NCBI GenBank assembly: GCA_028534125.1
Contig: CM052832.1
Span: forward strand, 15,936,001 to 16,000,000
DNA length: 64,000 nucleotides
Reading direction: 5' to 3'
Source: Lama glama
Lineage: Eukaryota
Below are positions 1 through 13,076 of the stretch, one piece after another (position 1 is the stretch's first letter; each line of letters begins with the position of its first letter). The notes below the pieces were generated by a model, which was given only the letters and a program-made list of their open reading frames with translations, made no database searches and was not told the DNA's origin. The translations under genes were made by a program, and so were the position numbers.

Positions 1-2520
1 AGAGAACTGTTTCTTTTCAAGTGCTTTAATAAGGAGCAACTAAACTTTTCCCAGAGTGTTTTCAGTAGCTCACTTCCCCACACATTAGTCAGACTGTGAG
101 ATTACAATGGTATCTCAACAAACTTTTGTTCACCCTGCTTCCCCTGAGGCACATGGAAAGAAAGGGAGCAAAATCATCTTTTTTAGAGCAAAAGAAATGA
201 TATATTGGGGAGGAGAGGGTGATTTTAGGGAAGGGAAACTATAGTATCTGGTACTATGAGACTTTTTTTTTTTTTTGTAGTTTCCTCAGGGAAGATGATA
301 GATTCTTGATGTGCAACATTAATCCAAGGTGGGTTTTTTATTATTTGCATTAAATATTAAATGCTAACCATAGCCTCCCCCTTCCTCCCCTCAAAGAACA
401 AGGAAGCAGGAGAATTATTTGTTTGTTTCTAGAACTTAGTACACTGATTCATAATTTTATGACAAAAAATATATTATCCAGGGAAATATTTGAAAAAAGA
501 TACATAATGAGGAATGACTAGCTTTACAAAATAGTGAAATCTATTATACATCTATTTTAATAAGCACTTTTTTGTGTGCATGGATTATCAGTTATGCACA
601 GCAGTGAAACAGAGTCCAAAATTAGATTCCTAAAAGATTGAGGTTTAGTTTAACACAGAGTTTCAAGTTGTTAATAAGATTTCCCCCAAATTCATTTCTT
701 TCAACAAAATGGATTTCTGATGAATAAAAATGGAAATATAAAAACAGTATAAAATTAGTTAATTAGGGGTTAATAAGATTTCCATTACTACCATCATCAT
801 TGTTGTAATTACGTTGGAAGATAAAAAGCATTCTAACCCTGATGCACTGCTGACGGGAGTGTATCATATTACAACTACTCTGCAAAACAGGCTGTTTCTT
901 AAAAAGTTAAACATACATTTACCATATGATCCAGCAAGTTTTTTTCCTTGAAATCTACCCAAGAGAAATGAAAATATATGGCCTCCCAAATACATAGTGC
1001 AAATGTTCGTAGCAGTATAGTCATAATAATAAAAATTGGAAAAAATCCGAATATCTATCAGTCAATGAATGAATAAACAAAATGTGCCCTGTCTATACAA
1101 TGGAATACTATTGAGCAAGAAAAAAGAACACCTGAAACACGTTTAAAAGAATGATGAACCATGCTACCAAAATATAATTAGTATTATATAGTGAAAGAGG
1201 CCAGGCACAAAAGCCTACATGTCATATGGTTCCATTTACAAGAAATATCTAGAAAAGACAATTTTGTAGACAGAAAGCAAATCAGTGGTGTCCAGAGCTT
1301 GGGATGGGGGTGGGAATTTTTTGAGGTGATGAAAATATTCTAAAACTAGATTACACTGATATTTAGACACATCAATAAGTTACTGAAATTATTGAATTTT
1401 ACATGTATGAAGAGAGAATTTTGTGCTATGTAAATTATATCTCAATAAACCTGTTAAAACAATATTTTAAAAACAAATTTCTCCAAGCAAGACAAAATCT
1501 AGAAGATATGAAGTAAAAAATATATTTGAATAAAAATTTATAGTTTTACATGAAGAAAATAACAAAATTAAAAGAAATATCTAGAGCTCGGGAAAAATAA
1601 TTACAACACATGGCAGACACTGGGTCTTCTCATATAAAATTTCTAACAAGTCAGTAAATAAATGAACAAAAATCCAATAGAAAACTAGGTGAAGGATACA
1701 GACTATTAACAGAAGAGAATATTCCAATAGTCTGTAAATATGAAATATTTATTTAAACTCACCAATAATAAGAAAAATGCAAATTCAAACAACAGTGTGA
1801 TGAAGTATTTCTTCCTTCTCACTGGCAAATACAATAGCTTATTTTATAAATCATGGATTTAGAAGATTCACTAGAATTGTGACCGGGTGGCATCTTGGCA
1901 GTATCTTTTATGATTAGAAATGCAAATACTATTTGATTAACAACAACAAAAATACGCGTTTACATTTATATCTTAAAAACCATTCAACATGAGCCCCAAG
2001 AGACATTAATTGAATTTTTGTTGCACCAGGGTTTGGAATAATAAAAACACTTTCAAATTCTAAAAGGAAAACTGATAAATTTGTCTTGATTGTAAAGCTC
2101 TGTACATCAAAAGACTATAAAATAAGTTAAGTGACAGCATGTTGCAAGCTGCTATTTGGGTGTTGTGTATGGTGATGTGAGCACAGACTGGCACTCCTCT
2201 GGGCAGTTTGGATAATCCAGCACTTCCATCCTAGGTGTTGACACTCTGGATAAATTCTCACATCCATGCCCCAAATGACATAAACGGTAGAAAAGAAACA
2301 TTCTGAAATTTCAGATGGAAAGCAGATAAATTATGGTACAGTCATACAAGGGAATAATATACAGAGTTTTGAATGAATGAATTTTCAATATCAATGTGGC
2401 TGGGAAAAAAAATATAAAAATCGTAGTGCCAGTTAGGATGATGAAAGTTGTAAGGGCCACCGCTGCCACTATAAGTACAAGAAAAAATAGTATAAGTTAA
2501 ACTAAATGGATGAACTGGAA
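1..2520 (+). repeat. Diverged direct segmental repeat, copy A
   Basis: Collinear with ~18928-21560, including non-transposon sequence; for example 2420-2500 matches 21465-21545. Confidence 0.85.
830..1460 (+). mobile_element. Old L1 3' end fragment (shared with ~19780-20430)
   Basis: Motifs accatatgatccagca, tacccaagagaaatgaaaa and atacaatggaatacta are typical of L1 3' ends. Confidence 0.7.
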
Positions 2521-2899
2521 AAAATCTTATTTTTAAAGACTTCAAGATGCTACAGATACAAAGCAATAGTACAATGCCAAATGCTGGAGACAGACAAGTT
2601 CTGCTTAGATGGGCAGGGATGAATATCCACTCTCCTCTCCTGTGTCATCTGCTGAGCATCAACATGGGTGGGAAATTGGTCCTAAAAGGGAGATTGTGAT
2701 GGGGCAAGGAGAAACAGCTACATTTAAATAATCCTGTGGGCTTGTGTGGGCAGAGATCAATAAAGTTCTCAAATACAATATATGGCTCCTTTCTCCTGCC
2801 AACTGAGTCTCCTCCCAGAACTTTTGCTGAGTCCGTGGTTGAGGGGTGGGAACTTGGGAGACAGACAGAAGGCAGAAAAACATCTCCATAGTTTCATGG

Positions 2900-3700
2900 A
2901 AATAAACATCAATAAGGAAATCAAAGATATGAACAATGCTCCAACCATCTTTGTAAATTGACATTTATAACTGACATATATAGACTACACCCTATAACTA
3001 TGGGATATATATCTCCTCAAATTTGACAAAGAAAATACACTAAATAGACCATATGATGTAACCACAAAACAAGGCTCAATAAATTTTACAGGATTAAAAT
3101 CACACAGAAAATATTCTCTAACAACATTCTTATTAAATAACAAATCAATAAGATTGAGAATATAGCCAAGTTTTCAGCAGTGGAGTAATACAATTCTAAA
3201 TAATCCATGGCTTATTGAAAAATAAATCAGATGAGATGAGAAATTAGAAAATATTTTAAAGGAATATTAAACGAATTTTCAAAACTTGTGCTATGAAACC
3301 AAAACAGTCCCTAGAGGGAAATTTATAGGTTTAAATGCTTATATTATAAAAGAAGAAATATATAAAAATCAGAGATCTGAAAGTGTAAGTTAAGAATCAG
3401 GAAAAAGTGAATTTAAGTAAAAACATAAAAGAAAAAAATAATAAGGAAATTAGTACAAATGAAAATAGATGTGTATTAAAGAAAATCAACAGAACCATGG
3501 GTTTTCTTCTTTTTTGATAAACCTACAAGACTGATAAGGAAGAAAAAAAGAAACAAATCCAAACTACAAATTGTTAACATCTAGAATAAAAAAGATGCCA
3601 TTCTTACAGGTCCTGCAGGCATTAATAAGATACAAAGAGGATATTATAAAAGATGTTGTGCCAGTAGATTTGATATTTTAGATAAAACTCATTGAAAGGC
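2900..3700 (+). mobile_element. Degraded L1 ORF2 fragment
   Basis: A-rich strand with L1 ORF2-like motifs such as agagggaaatttatag and aaatgcttatatta. Confidence 0.65.
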
Positions 3701-3714
3701 AGCAAATTTCATGA

Positions 3715-4175
3715 TCTATTTCTGTGTAACATTTCACGCCAAACTTAGTGGCTAAAACTGCAGCCACTTAATGATTTTTCACAGTTCTGGAAGTTGATCG
3801 AGCTTATTGGGTGGTTTTCACATAGGGTCTCTCATGTGGCTTCAGTCAGATAGTCGCTGGGGTCCTCTAGAGACTTATCTGGGGCACAAGAAATTCTGTA
3901 TATGGTTCCAGGGTCTATAATGTGGCCTATGTGGTCCCATCAGCAGTGAAAACAAACTTCTTACCTGATGGCTCAGGACCCCCAAGAGAGGAAAGTAAAA
4001 GCTACAAGACTTCTTTAGACCTAGCCTCAGAACTTGTGTGGCATCCTTTCCACCATATTCTAATGGTCTAAGTGAGAATGGGATGAGTCCAGATTTAAGG
4101 GTAGGGAAAACACAATCTACGTCTCCATGAGATGAAAGGCAAATAATTTGCACCCTTCTTTAATCTACCCCGCAT
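3715..4175. mobile_element. MaLR (MLT1-like) LTR remnant
   Basis: Starts with tgtgtaaca...aaacttagtggctaaaa...cacagttctgga, the typical MLT1 opening. Confidence 0.6.
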
Positions 4176-5580
4176 ATTTACCAAAGCTGACTCAGAACTC
4201 CTTCTCCCACTTGGGGAGAATAATTACTAGTAAGTTTACTTTTTGAGGATAGAAACTTATTTGTCTCTAAGGATGGACTATTAGCAAAAGAACTGCTAAA
4301 ATATTTTTGTCATTTAACTTAAACAAACAACATTCTAGGTACACGTGGAATCACTGGGCAGTTGCTAGTGGAAAAGCAAAGTGGAATTTTGGAAAATAAT
4401 CTGGCCAATATTTTTACTAGATAAGGAGGTAGATACTTTGCCACAGTACAGTTAACATCAGATCTAGATCAAAGGGAAAGAAAACGGAAAGTCTCCTACA
4501 TACAATATTAACAGATGGGCCCATGTAAATTCTAATTGATCTTTCTGTGACTGCTCAATGGCAAACATTCTGGTTCTAAAAAAAGTCCTGGATTAAAATA
4601 TTTAAGGACAGGTAAGTCGAGTCAAAGAATGTCATTTGGAAGTTGAAGACCCATCTACTGACTTAGATAGCACTATGTTTAAAGACTGGCTCCACCCGAA
4701 GTTCCTAATGGAGGACATCGCTGAGCTCTCCTCACTGGAGAGGGTCTTACAGAGCCTGCTAACGTGGCCTGTAAATGGCAGACGTCTGCCCAGAACACAT
4801 ATCTTTCATGATAAGAAGAAATTGAATCTGTTTATCTATTTCTTATTAATTATAGTTTTTCCTTAGATAAAGGTACCCTTCTCACTAAGTTCCAGATTAG
4901 TGGTGGTATCTTTCTGAAACTACAAAAAATATTCTGAGGCTACTTGGACAAGAGACAGATATTCTGTGCTAACTGGCTTGCTGATAACTAAAAGCCCATT
5001 TCCTCCAATTTATCGCAACCATTAAGGCTTCCTATAAGTGAGTCCCATTCTGTGACAACTGATAAGTCTCAAGACATTCTGTAATGCTATAAAAATGCAA
5101 AAAATATAAAAAATGTAAAAAAGAAATTTCAACCAGCCTCTTGTTCAAAGGAAACAAAACAAATCTGTGTACCTCTGATGTTACTTGCTTGTTCCCAAGA
5201 ATGTTGTGATTTCTTTTCCTTAAAAGCAAACCTATGGTCTCATGCACCGAGAGCAGAGACTAGAACTTCTGTACTGATAAGCACTTTCTTCCAGAAACCA
5301 ATTTAACTGCCTTTTCATCAGGAAATAGCCCTTATTTAACACTTCTCTTACACAGCGGGAGTTGAGCAGGATTGTGTCTCCTGCTTTCAGTGAAGAAGCT
5401 CAGCCTTGAGATCATCTGTAGGATTGATAATTTGGTGACAGTTGCTACATTGTTTTACTTGAACTATTCTTCTATTGAATGAATATTGCAGAAAAGTTGA
5501 AGAAAAGTAGGATATTTTTTACCCATAAATTTATACAACAACAGAATTTAGGTCACAGTCATTAGCTAATTCTTTTTAAA

Positions 5581-5716
5581 AATATTTTTATTTATTATTT
5601 TGTTATTCAATTACTTTATTAATTAAATATTTTTATTTTTAGAGGTACTGGAGATTGAACCCAGGACCTCATGCATGCTAGGCATGCGCTCTACCACTTG
5701 AGATATACCCCCCCGC
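5581..5716 (-). mobile_element. tRNA-derived SINE (camelid Vic-1 type) with target-site duplication
   Basis: Minus strand reads GGGGGTATATCTCAAGTGGTAGAGCGCATGCCTAGCATGCATGAGGTCCTGGGTTCAATCTCCAGTACCTC with an A-rich tail. [20 protein letters not shown] at 5564-5580 and 5717-5733. Confidence 0.9.
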
Positions 5717-7874
5717 AGCTAATTCTTTTTAAAAAAGAAATTTGTATGATTTGTAAATGGTGTGTCAAATTTATATAAACAAGTTTTGATGGTATTCTCT
5801 TTAACTATATTTCAGTATGTTCTTCATATATAATTAGTTTTTTTGCCATTCCTTTTATTCTATTATCTAAGGTGAACCCTAGCGTGGCTTTTCCAAATTA
5901 TCACATGTCACAACTAGTTAATTGCACAACTATCAATGGTACTGGATTATTGTAGATTCTCCTCAGATCCAGGGACAACAGTGTCTTCAACCCAACCACT
6001 CCAAGAAATTTTGAAATTTCCATGTTAATAGAAATGAATTTTTCCAAAGGAAGTGACTCTATTTCTATTCTATTCCAAAATGTTCAGGCTAGCACTATAT
6101 TATGCTAAGAAATCTAAAATAATAATTGAGAACTAGATTGAATATAGGAATTTGGAGGTCACTGTTATCTTCAATTGAAGGAGACTGGTGAGGAGCAATG
6201 AGGGTGATTACATAAGATAAATGCAAGTTTTGTCATTTACAGAGGAGAGTAGCAATGTGGATGATGGGAATCCTTTGAAGAAACTAGAATTGCTACATAG
6301 TAGCTGTCTCAGTTTACATAAAATGTTGTCATTCATTAAAAGGAGTAGTCTTATTGATACATATATCCATGAATTAAAGTGATGAGAATAGTTTCAATCT
6401 AAGGAACATTGTTTTCTTCAGAAATTGACAGTGGCATTGTATGATGCAATGTCTGAGCTTGTGTGGTTTGGAGTCACACATATCTTGGTTCAATCTGGAA
6501 TGTACCATTATCTAGCCCTGGATCTTTGCAAAGGTTCCACTCATCATCTTATTCTTTCCATTTGTAGGGTTGAAAAGAGTACTAAAATCACTGAGATAAT
6601 GTGAGAATTAAATTTTTAAAAGCTGTGTAAAAAACTCCTTGTATAATTCTGGGTACAAAGTAAAAAGCACAAAAATTCCTCAATTAATTATTACCATTTT
6701 TTCACTGCAGCCCGGTGAGTACCATCCCTGGGAATATTAAGGCACATGAAGAATGAATGCTTATCAGAACTGGGTGGAGTGTGATTTAATGCTGAACTTT
6801 GGACAGATAGTTGTCGTCTAAAGTCCATTCTAAACCTGAGATGCTACATTTATACTAGCATAATGTGTAATAATTATCTAAAGTAGATTTATATGTTTAA
6901 AATTATATGATTATATCAAAGGATGTAATTCATAGTTTTTCCATAGGGTTCTTTTTCCTGAACAGTCTTAACGTATTCATTAGCAAAGTCTTCTTTTATC
7001 TTTTCTTAGGATAAACAAGAGAGGTTGAATAAGAGGGTATAACCCCAATAAAATGAGGAAATCCTAATGGAAACAGGAATGAGGAATTGAACACTTTTTT
7101 ACATGAAATATTACATTCTAAAGCTGAACTACTGTGCCCAAGGCTGACTTTAGCCATCTCTCAGCCCCCTGCCTGCTATGATTTGGGCAGTTGGCTTTAT
7201 TACATTGTTAGGTTAAATGGTACAAAGGTACCTTCAAGACACTCCATTCCACGTAGATTGCCTCCTATAAGCCCCGTTCTCTCTGTGTTTTCTCCAGGTG
7301 CCACTGAATTCAGTGACAGCATCAGGAGACAAACCTGGAAAACATTTGCACTTACATTAAATTATTGACTAACTTTTAATTTCCTTCAGTTGATCACAGA
7401 CATTCTTATTTGTCAGGAGGTATAGACTCTACTCTCCACACAACAGCTGCAATTCTGTCACATCATCAGTTACCAGGGACGCTGTTCCTTCAGGCGTCCA
7501 CAGAATGACAGCATTTTTCAGCATTGAAATACCTGAAAAATCGAAGTGCCTTGTTTTCAACAATACAGGTTATTTTCCCAAATCTACAACACTAAGTTAT
7601 GGTACAAAAAGGACAGATTAAAGTTCCCCTAAACTGCAATCCATTTCTCTCCACTTCCTCAGTTCCTCACAGTCACACATGCATTGGTGACTCCCTGTCT
7701 TTAAGTAAGAGGAATGAATGTTCCTAAAAGGCTCAAATATGTGGCACATCACTGACCAGCACAGAGCTGGCTCACAGTAGGGGCCCAATTAAAATGTTTC
7801 AGATACGGTTGGATCATACCTCTAACACACTAAATTAAAACAATCCTTTTATAGAGGAAATTCTGTTTCAGAAG

Positions 7875-7940
7875 AGGATCTTCATGCTGAATCTCTGACC
7901 AGCAACTGATGATGCCACTCAGCTCTGAAGCTGATTGGTT
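7875..7940 (+). promoter_or_regulatory. DRB proximal promoter S/W-X-Y module (RFX/CREB/NF-Y enhanceosome for CIITA)
   Basis: X box CCAGCAACTGATG at 7899-7911 and Y box CTGATTGGTT at 7931-7940 with canonical spacing. S-like GGATCTT lies near 7876. The module is ~150 nt upstream of exon 1. Confidence 0.9.
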
Positions 7941-8102
7941 TTTCCAACACTTAGGTCACCCAGTCCAGGAACAAAGAGTTCATTGGTCAGCATTGCTTGG
8001 CATGTGAGCTGAGGAGGGTCCCAGTCCTCACTGTGTGACACTTACCTGCTCCCCTCACACTCTGTCTTCTGTCCCCTGCCTGATGTGTCTGTGGTTCCCT
8101 CG

Positions 8103-8169
8103 ATGGCAGCACTGACAGTGATGCTGATGGTGGTGAGCCATCCCTTGGCTTGGGCCAGGGAGACCCGAC
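8103..8169 (+). CDS. DRB: MHC class II DR beta chain exon 1 (signal peptide, truncated; from the only in-frame ATGs)
   Basis: Translates MAALTVMLMVVSHPLAWARETR followed by a phase-1 donor GTAAGT at 8170. Upstream sequence 8080-8100 still matches the DRB leader but is out of frame. Confidence 0.8.
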
Positions 8170-10129
8170 GTAAGTGCACACCTTGGGGGAGAGCTCTCAT
8201 GGGGTGGGGGAAGGAAGGGAGTTACCTCTGTCTCTCTGTCCAGACCACATCCCTTAAAGAATTGTGACATTTTCTTCAGTCATCTCCTATCGTGATCATG
8301 TGGACTCTCCATTCCTTCCACAACACAAGGGCCCTGGATGCTTGCCTTCTGAGTGCTGCTTAAGATGCCTCCATTTCTGTGGGATATTTCTTCTCAACTC
8401 TCCTCCAATAAAACCTCTCCAGCCTTACATCCCCTTCCCTAGGGATCCTAAGAGGATTTAGAAGTAAGGATGTCAGAATAATTCCACATCAGACTATTTC
8501 CCTTATTATGTTGTGTCAGAAAAAGGAAAAGTTCCTCTGAAAATTTTATGGGGAATCTCAAGGAATTAGAAAGATCTCTCACATAAGATCATGTGTTATG
8601 ATCTTAACAGGATCTATGATGTCACTGTCTCTCCCTAATACGTGAGAATGTATCAAAGTGCCTTGCCATTTTATTTTTTTCTATTTCCCTGAACCACAGT
8701 GTTTAAAAGGCCTGTATCCCTACCCTGGAGGTTCTCTGATAGAAGTTGGGGTTTGTTTTCTCTTTGTTTCTCCTGGGGAAGACACCCTGGAGCTAAACCA
8801 GGGATCATTTGTACGTGGAATGACCCTGTGGATCAGGAGCATCTATGGAGTGTTCTCTGATGCCTTAAAGAGCTTTAGGAATCTTCAGAAAACCTGGCAC
8901 AGGTTACTGTTAATTATAAAGCTATTCTGAATCCTTCTGCGTGGTTAGTTTCTCCACCCACATTTCTCCATTCTCTCGCTTGAGCTCATGAGAAGGGACG
9001 CAACTAGTGGAGGATAAATTATAGGAAATTCTGTTTTTGTATGTCAAAAGTAGTCAAATATCACCATTTTCACATGGCAAACCATAACGCCAGAGCAGGG
9101 TACGGAGAGTGTGGCTGTTTCCATCCCACAAGGCTGAAAGCCAATAAGCAGGTCAAGGGAGCTCATTGGTCTGTCAAGGTCTTGGGCCCATATTTCATAG
9201 GTTCATTAAGAATGCCCTTTCATTTCCTTCATTAGCCATATTTGATGTCCTCTCCATCTGGTCCTTCCCTATTCTTTTCTCAGCTACGTCATCACCATTA
9301 CTGAAAATCCCCAAAATTCACACAGACCGTCAGCCCTATAGCAGATCAACTGGATGAGATAAAACCTAATGAAAATTTCTGTGTCTTTTTAAATGTATTT
9401 TTATTTTTTATTTTTTTTTCATTTTTCAGTTTTATTAAGTAGAATTGTTACAATTATACTGCACATATACAATATATTGCATGTATGATACATATACACA
9501 ATATACTCCACATATTTTTAAAATTTACGTATATATACTGTTCATTGTTTCTAAGAACTTTAGAGCTTTAGCTTTTTAAACTTACATAGTTATCAAAGGA
9601 ATAAAGCCAACCAGAAAATGAGAATTAATTTTAAAACATACATACACCCTGCTATTAACAGCAGCATTATTTATAATTGCCAGGATGTGGAAGCATCCTA
9701 AGTGCACATCAATAGAAGAATGGATGAATAAGATGCAGCATGTATAAGTAATGGAATCCTGTATGCTTTTTAATAAAGGCTTTAGTTTTCTTAAAAAATG
9801 TTTTTATTGACCTGTAGTTGATTTACAATGTTAGTTTCAGGTGTACAGCAGAGTGATTCAGTTATACATGTACATACCTACATATATTTTCTTTTCAGAT
9901 TCTTTTCCATTATATGATAATGTTGTTACAAGAAATGATCTTTTTCTTTCCTGTGAATGTTTCTTCCACCTTGTAGGAGGAGCAAAAGGAAGTTTGTCTG
10001 AATCCCTCCCAGGAAATGGGAAGGATATGTGTCATCAGAATAAAAGTGTGTTGGAGCTGGAGCCCCTTCTTGCTTTCCAGGATCCCCACCAAGATCAGTC
10101 CCCAGAACCCTGGGTTTATTCGTTTTGAT

Positions 10130-10930
10130 CACAAATGTTTTTCTGAGCAACTATTACATACTGGGCTCTTTTCTAGGGTCAGAGAATTCTATATGAATAA
10201 CACAGAAAAGTCCCCTACTGTCATGGAACTAACCTAATGACAGGGGTGGAAGGCAACTGTTATCCAGCACACATTTAACAAGGAAACACATCTTAATTTT
10301 AGCATATGTGCTGCCAAAGCGAGCACAAGGAAAAACATTTCAGATAGAAATAAGTGCCCTGAAAAAAGGGTAATTCAGGGGTATGGAACAGAGAAATGGA
10401 TTCACCTAACTTCAGTTCAGGTGTCTGCAGAGCTCTACCTGAAGAGGTGACGTTCAACTGAGACAATGAGAAGAAGCCAGACATGTGAAGGATGTAAGGG
10501 ACAAGTGTTCCAGGGAGAGGGCGCACGGAAAGGCTGAAGTGTGGGGAGGTGTTTGCTGTGTTTAAGGGACAGAAAGGAGGCTAGAGTGACCAGAGCAGAG
10601 CAAGCAGGTTGGGGAGCCGTGTAAGATGAGGTCAGAGAGGAAGTCAGGAGCCAGTCATGCTGGGCGCTGATGGCCTTGGTGAGAACTTTGACTGTTATTA
10701 ATAGAGATATGTGAAGCTACTGAGAGGTTATAAGGAGAGTCAGTTTGTTTATTTATTTTTTTAAATAATCCTAGCTACCACTTGCAGACTGGATTCCAAA
10801 GGTTCACAAGTAGAGTCAGGGACACCACTTAGGAACATGGTGGAATTCTCGGGGGCAGAAGTGCTTGTGGCTTCATTGAGTAGGGTAGTGACACAGACTG
10901 TGGGAGAGAGAAAGTGAACAGATTTGGGGT
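10130..10930 (-). mobile_element. L2 LINE 3' fragment in DRB intron 1
   Basis: Motifs tgagcaactattac and gaggtgacgttcaactgagac...tgttccagg...tttaagggacagaaaggaggctagagtg. Confidence 0.65.
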
Positions 10931-12714
10931 AGATTGGTGTGTGACTCAGTATTTTTAAACTTTGTCATGTGACAAGAAGCTATTAGAGAATTCCTAATTA
11001 GTCAGTAGACCTGGTCTGGTCCAGAGAGCCCTCCTCTCTGCCCTCTTTCTAAGGAAGGTCTCTACTCAAAGTCTGTGGACCTGTTCTTTTTTTGTAAACT
11101 GTCTATATATCATTTTTTCCTTCTTTTCTCCTTTTCTGAGGGGACTTCACAGAAATGAGAATTCTACACGTGGACAAGGCTGGTAATTTGATGCCTACTG
11201 GTATTACTGGGTGTAGGAGCCAAAGTTAGAAGATGAGTCGGTTGGAGCTTTGAAGAGGAATAAAATGTCTGTGGCTGTAGTTTACTGCTATAGATGAGCA
11301 GTGGACCAGAGGCAGAGAAATTAAGAAGAAAGATGATGTGAAGGATAAATTATATGTCTTTTAATTGGTTGGTGAGGCAAAGAAATAAGTAAGCCTTAGT
11401 TGTGAACAAATTTATTTTGTTGGAAAAATAGCTCTCCACTGGGGCTGGATTCTTAAAAAAATATGAATTTCATGCAGGAATAAGATTTTCAGGAATTAAA
11501 TTTTTAGATGGTTTATACCAGTGGCACTCACCCAGTGACAGACCAGTCCTTCCCCCTATTCCTTGACCCCCTAATATTTGGCAATATTGGGAGCCAGTTT
11601 TGGTTGTTACTCTGAGATTTCTTCTGACATCTAGTGCCTAGAGGCCAGGGATGCTGGTAGACAGCCTACAGCGTACGAAACAGACACCCCTCACCCCAAG
11701 AGACATATTTGACCTCTTATCTCATCAGGTGAGATTTGCCAAGTGAGTTTGGTACCAAATTAAAAAAAAAAATGAGCTATCTGGATTTGGAAATGCAGGG
11801 AAGGAATGGTGGACATGTATTGGGATCATGGTTTTAATCTCCGTAAAACTCAATAGTTTCCTATTTATGTTTAGCACAAATTCAAATCCTAGATCGCCTA
11901 CAAGCTTTTGAGTACCCGACTCTTTTGATTTCTCCAGTGGAATCTTTCACCCTCCTTCCTCACTCTCTGTGCTTCAGTGAACTCTTTCCTTCTGGTTTAT
12001 TGCAGAAGTTCATCATCTCTTTCAAACTTCTACACACGCCTTTACCTTTACCTGAAATGTGCCTCCCCCCCCCCACGCATGGCCTCTTCCTCTAGCTCAC
12101 ATCAACTTCACCTTCTGTGTCACATCTTAAATGTCACTCTTCAGAGGCTACTTCTCTGACATCCTGATGTAATTACTCTCCATTCTAGAACTCCACACTT
12201 TTCTTCTGACATTTCTGACCCCTGTATGATATGTTGGGCTTTGCCCATCACTTTCACTACATTTTATGCTCCTCGAAGATAGGGGAGATGTCTGTTTTTC
12301 CTTCTTTGGATTCCCAGGGGGCTGCGCAGGCCTGGCACCAGGCCAGCCCTAGGCAAGTAAGCGTTTCTGGGATAGCTAAAAGGTCTGGGCTGAGAGGAGG
12401 CAGCAGAGTCTTTCTGGTGGAGGCATTCAGGAGGAGGTGGTGATGGGGCAAATCCTGGTCCAGCTCTGTGCAGAGTGACTGCACCCCAAATGGCTTAGGA
12501 TCAGAGGAGTCTCCTCCCCCCAGGACGGCCTTTCTCCACCACTGGCAGGTGAAAGTTGGACCCCTGGGGTGCTTGTGCTGGTGCTTAGGGCGCCAGCGGA
12601 GCAGTGGGGGTCCTAGTGCCCCCAGCAGTGCGTGAGAACTCTGCACCGGTGGGCAGCACTGTCAGTCTTCTCCCACAAGCCCGCCCAGTGACCAGATCTT
12701 TTATGTCCTCACAG

Positions 12715-12984
12715 CAACTTTCATGCATCAGTTTAAGGGAGAGTGTCGTTTCTTCAACGGCTTGGAGCGGGTGCAGTTCTTGGCCAGATACATCTATAAT
12801 ACGGAGGAGGATGTGTACTTCGACAGCGACGTGGGGGAGTTCAGGGCAGTGACTGAGCTGGGGCAGCCAGACGCCAAGTACTGGAACCAGCAGAAGGACT
12901 TCATGGAGCAGATGCGGGCCAAGGTGGACACGCTGTGCAGATCAAACTATTGGGGAATAGGCAGCTTCATGGTGCAGCGGCGAG
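12715..12984 (+). CDS. DRB: DR beta exon 2 (beta-1 peptide-binding domain), DRB2-like lineage
   Basis: 270 nt between cacAG and GTGAG. Translates [89 protein letters not shown] with both Cys intact. Confidence 0.95.
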
Positions 12985-13025
12985 GTGAGCTGGGGGCGGG
13001 TGGCCGGGGAAAGGTGGTGTTGGGG

Positions 13026-13076
13026 TGGTGTGTGTGTCTGTGTGTGAGAGAGAGACGGAGAGAGACAGAGACAGAT
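13026..13076 (+). repeat. Degenerate (GT)n(GA)n microsatellite of DRB intron 2
   Basis: tgtgtgtctgtgtgtgagagagagacggagagagacagagacag begins ~45 nt after the exon 2 donor, the position typical for mammalian DRB genes. Confidence 0.85.
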
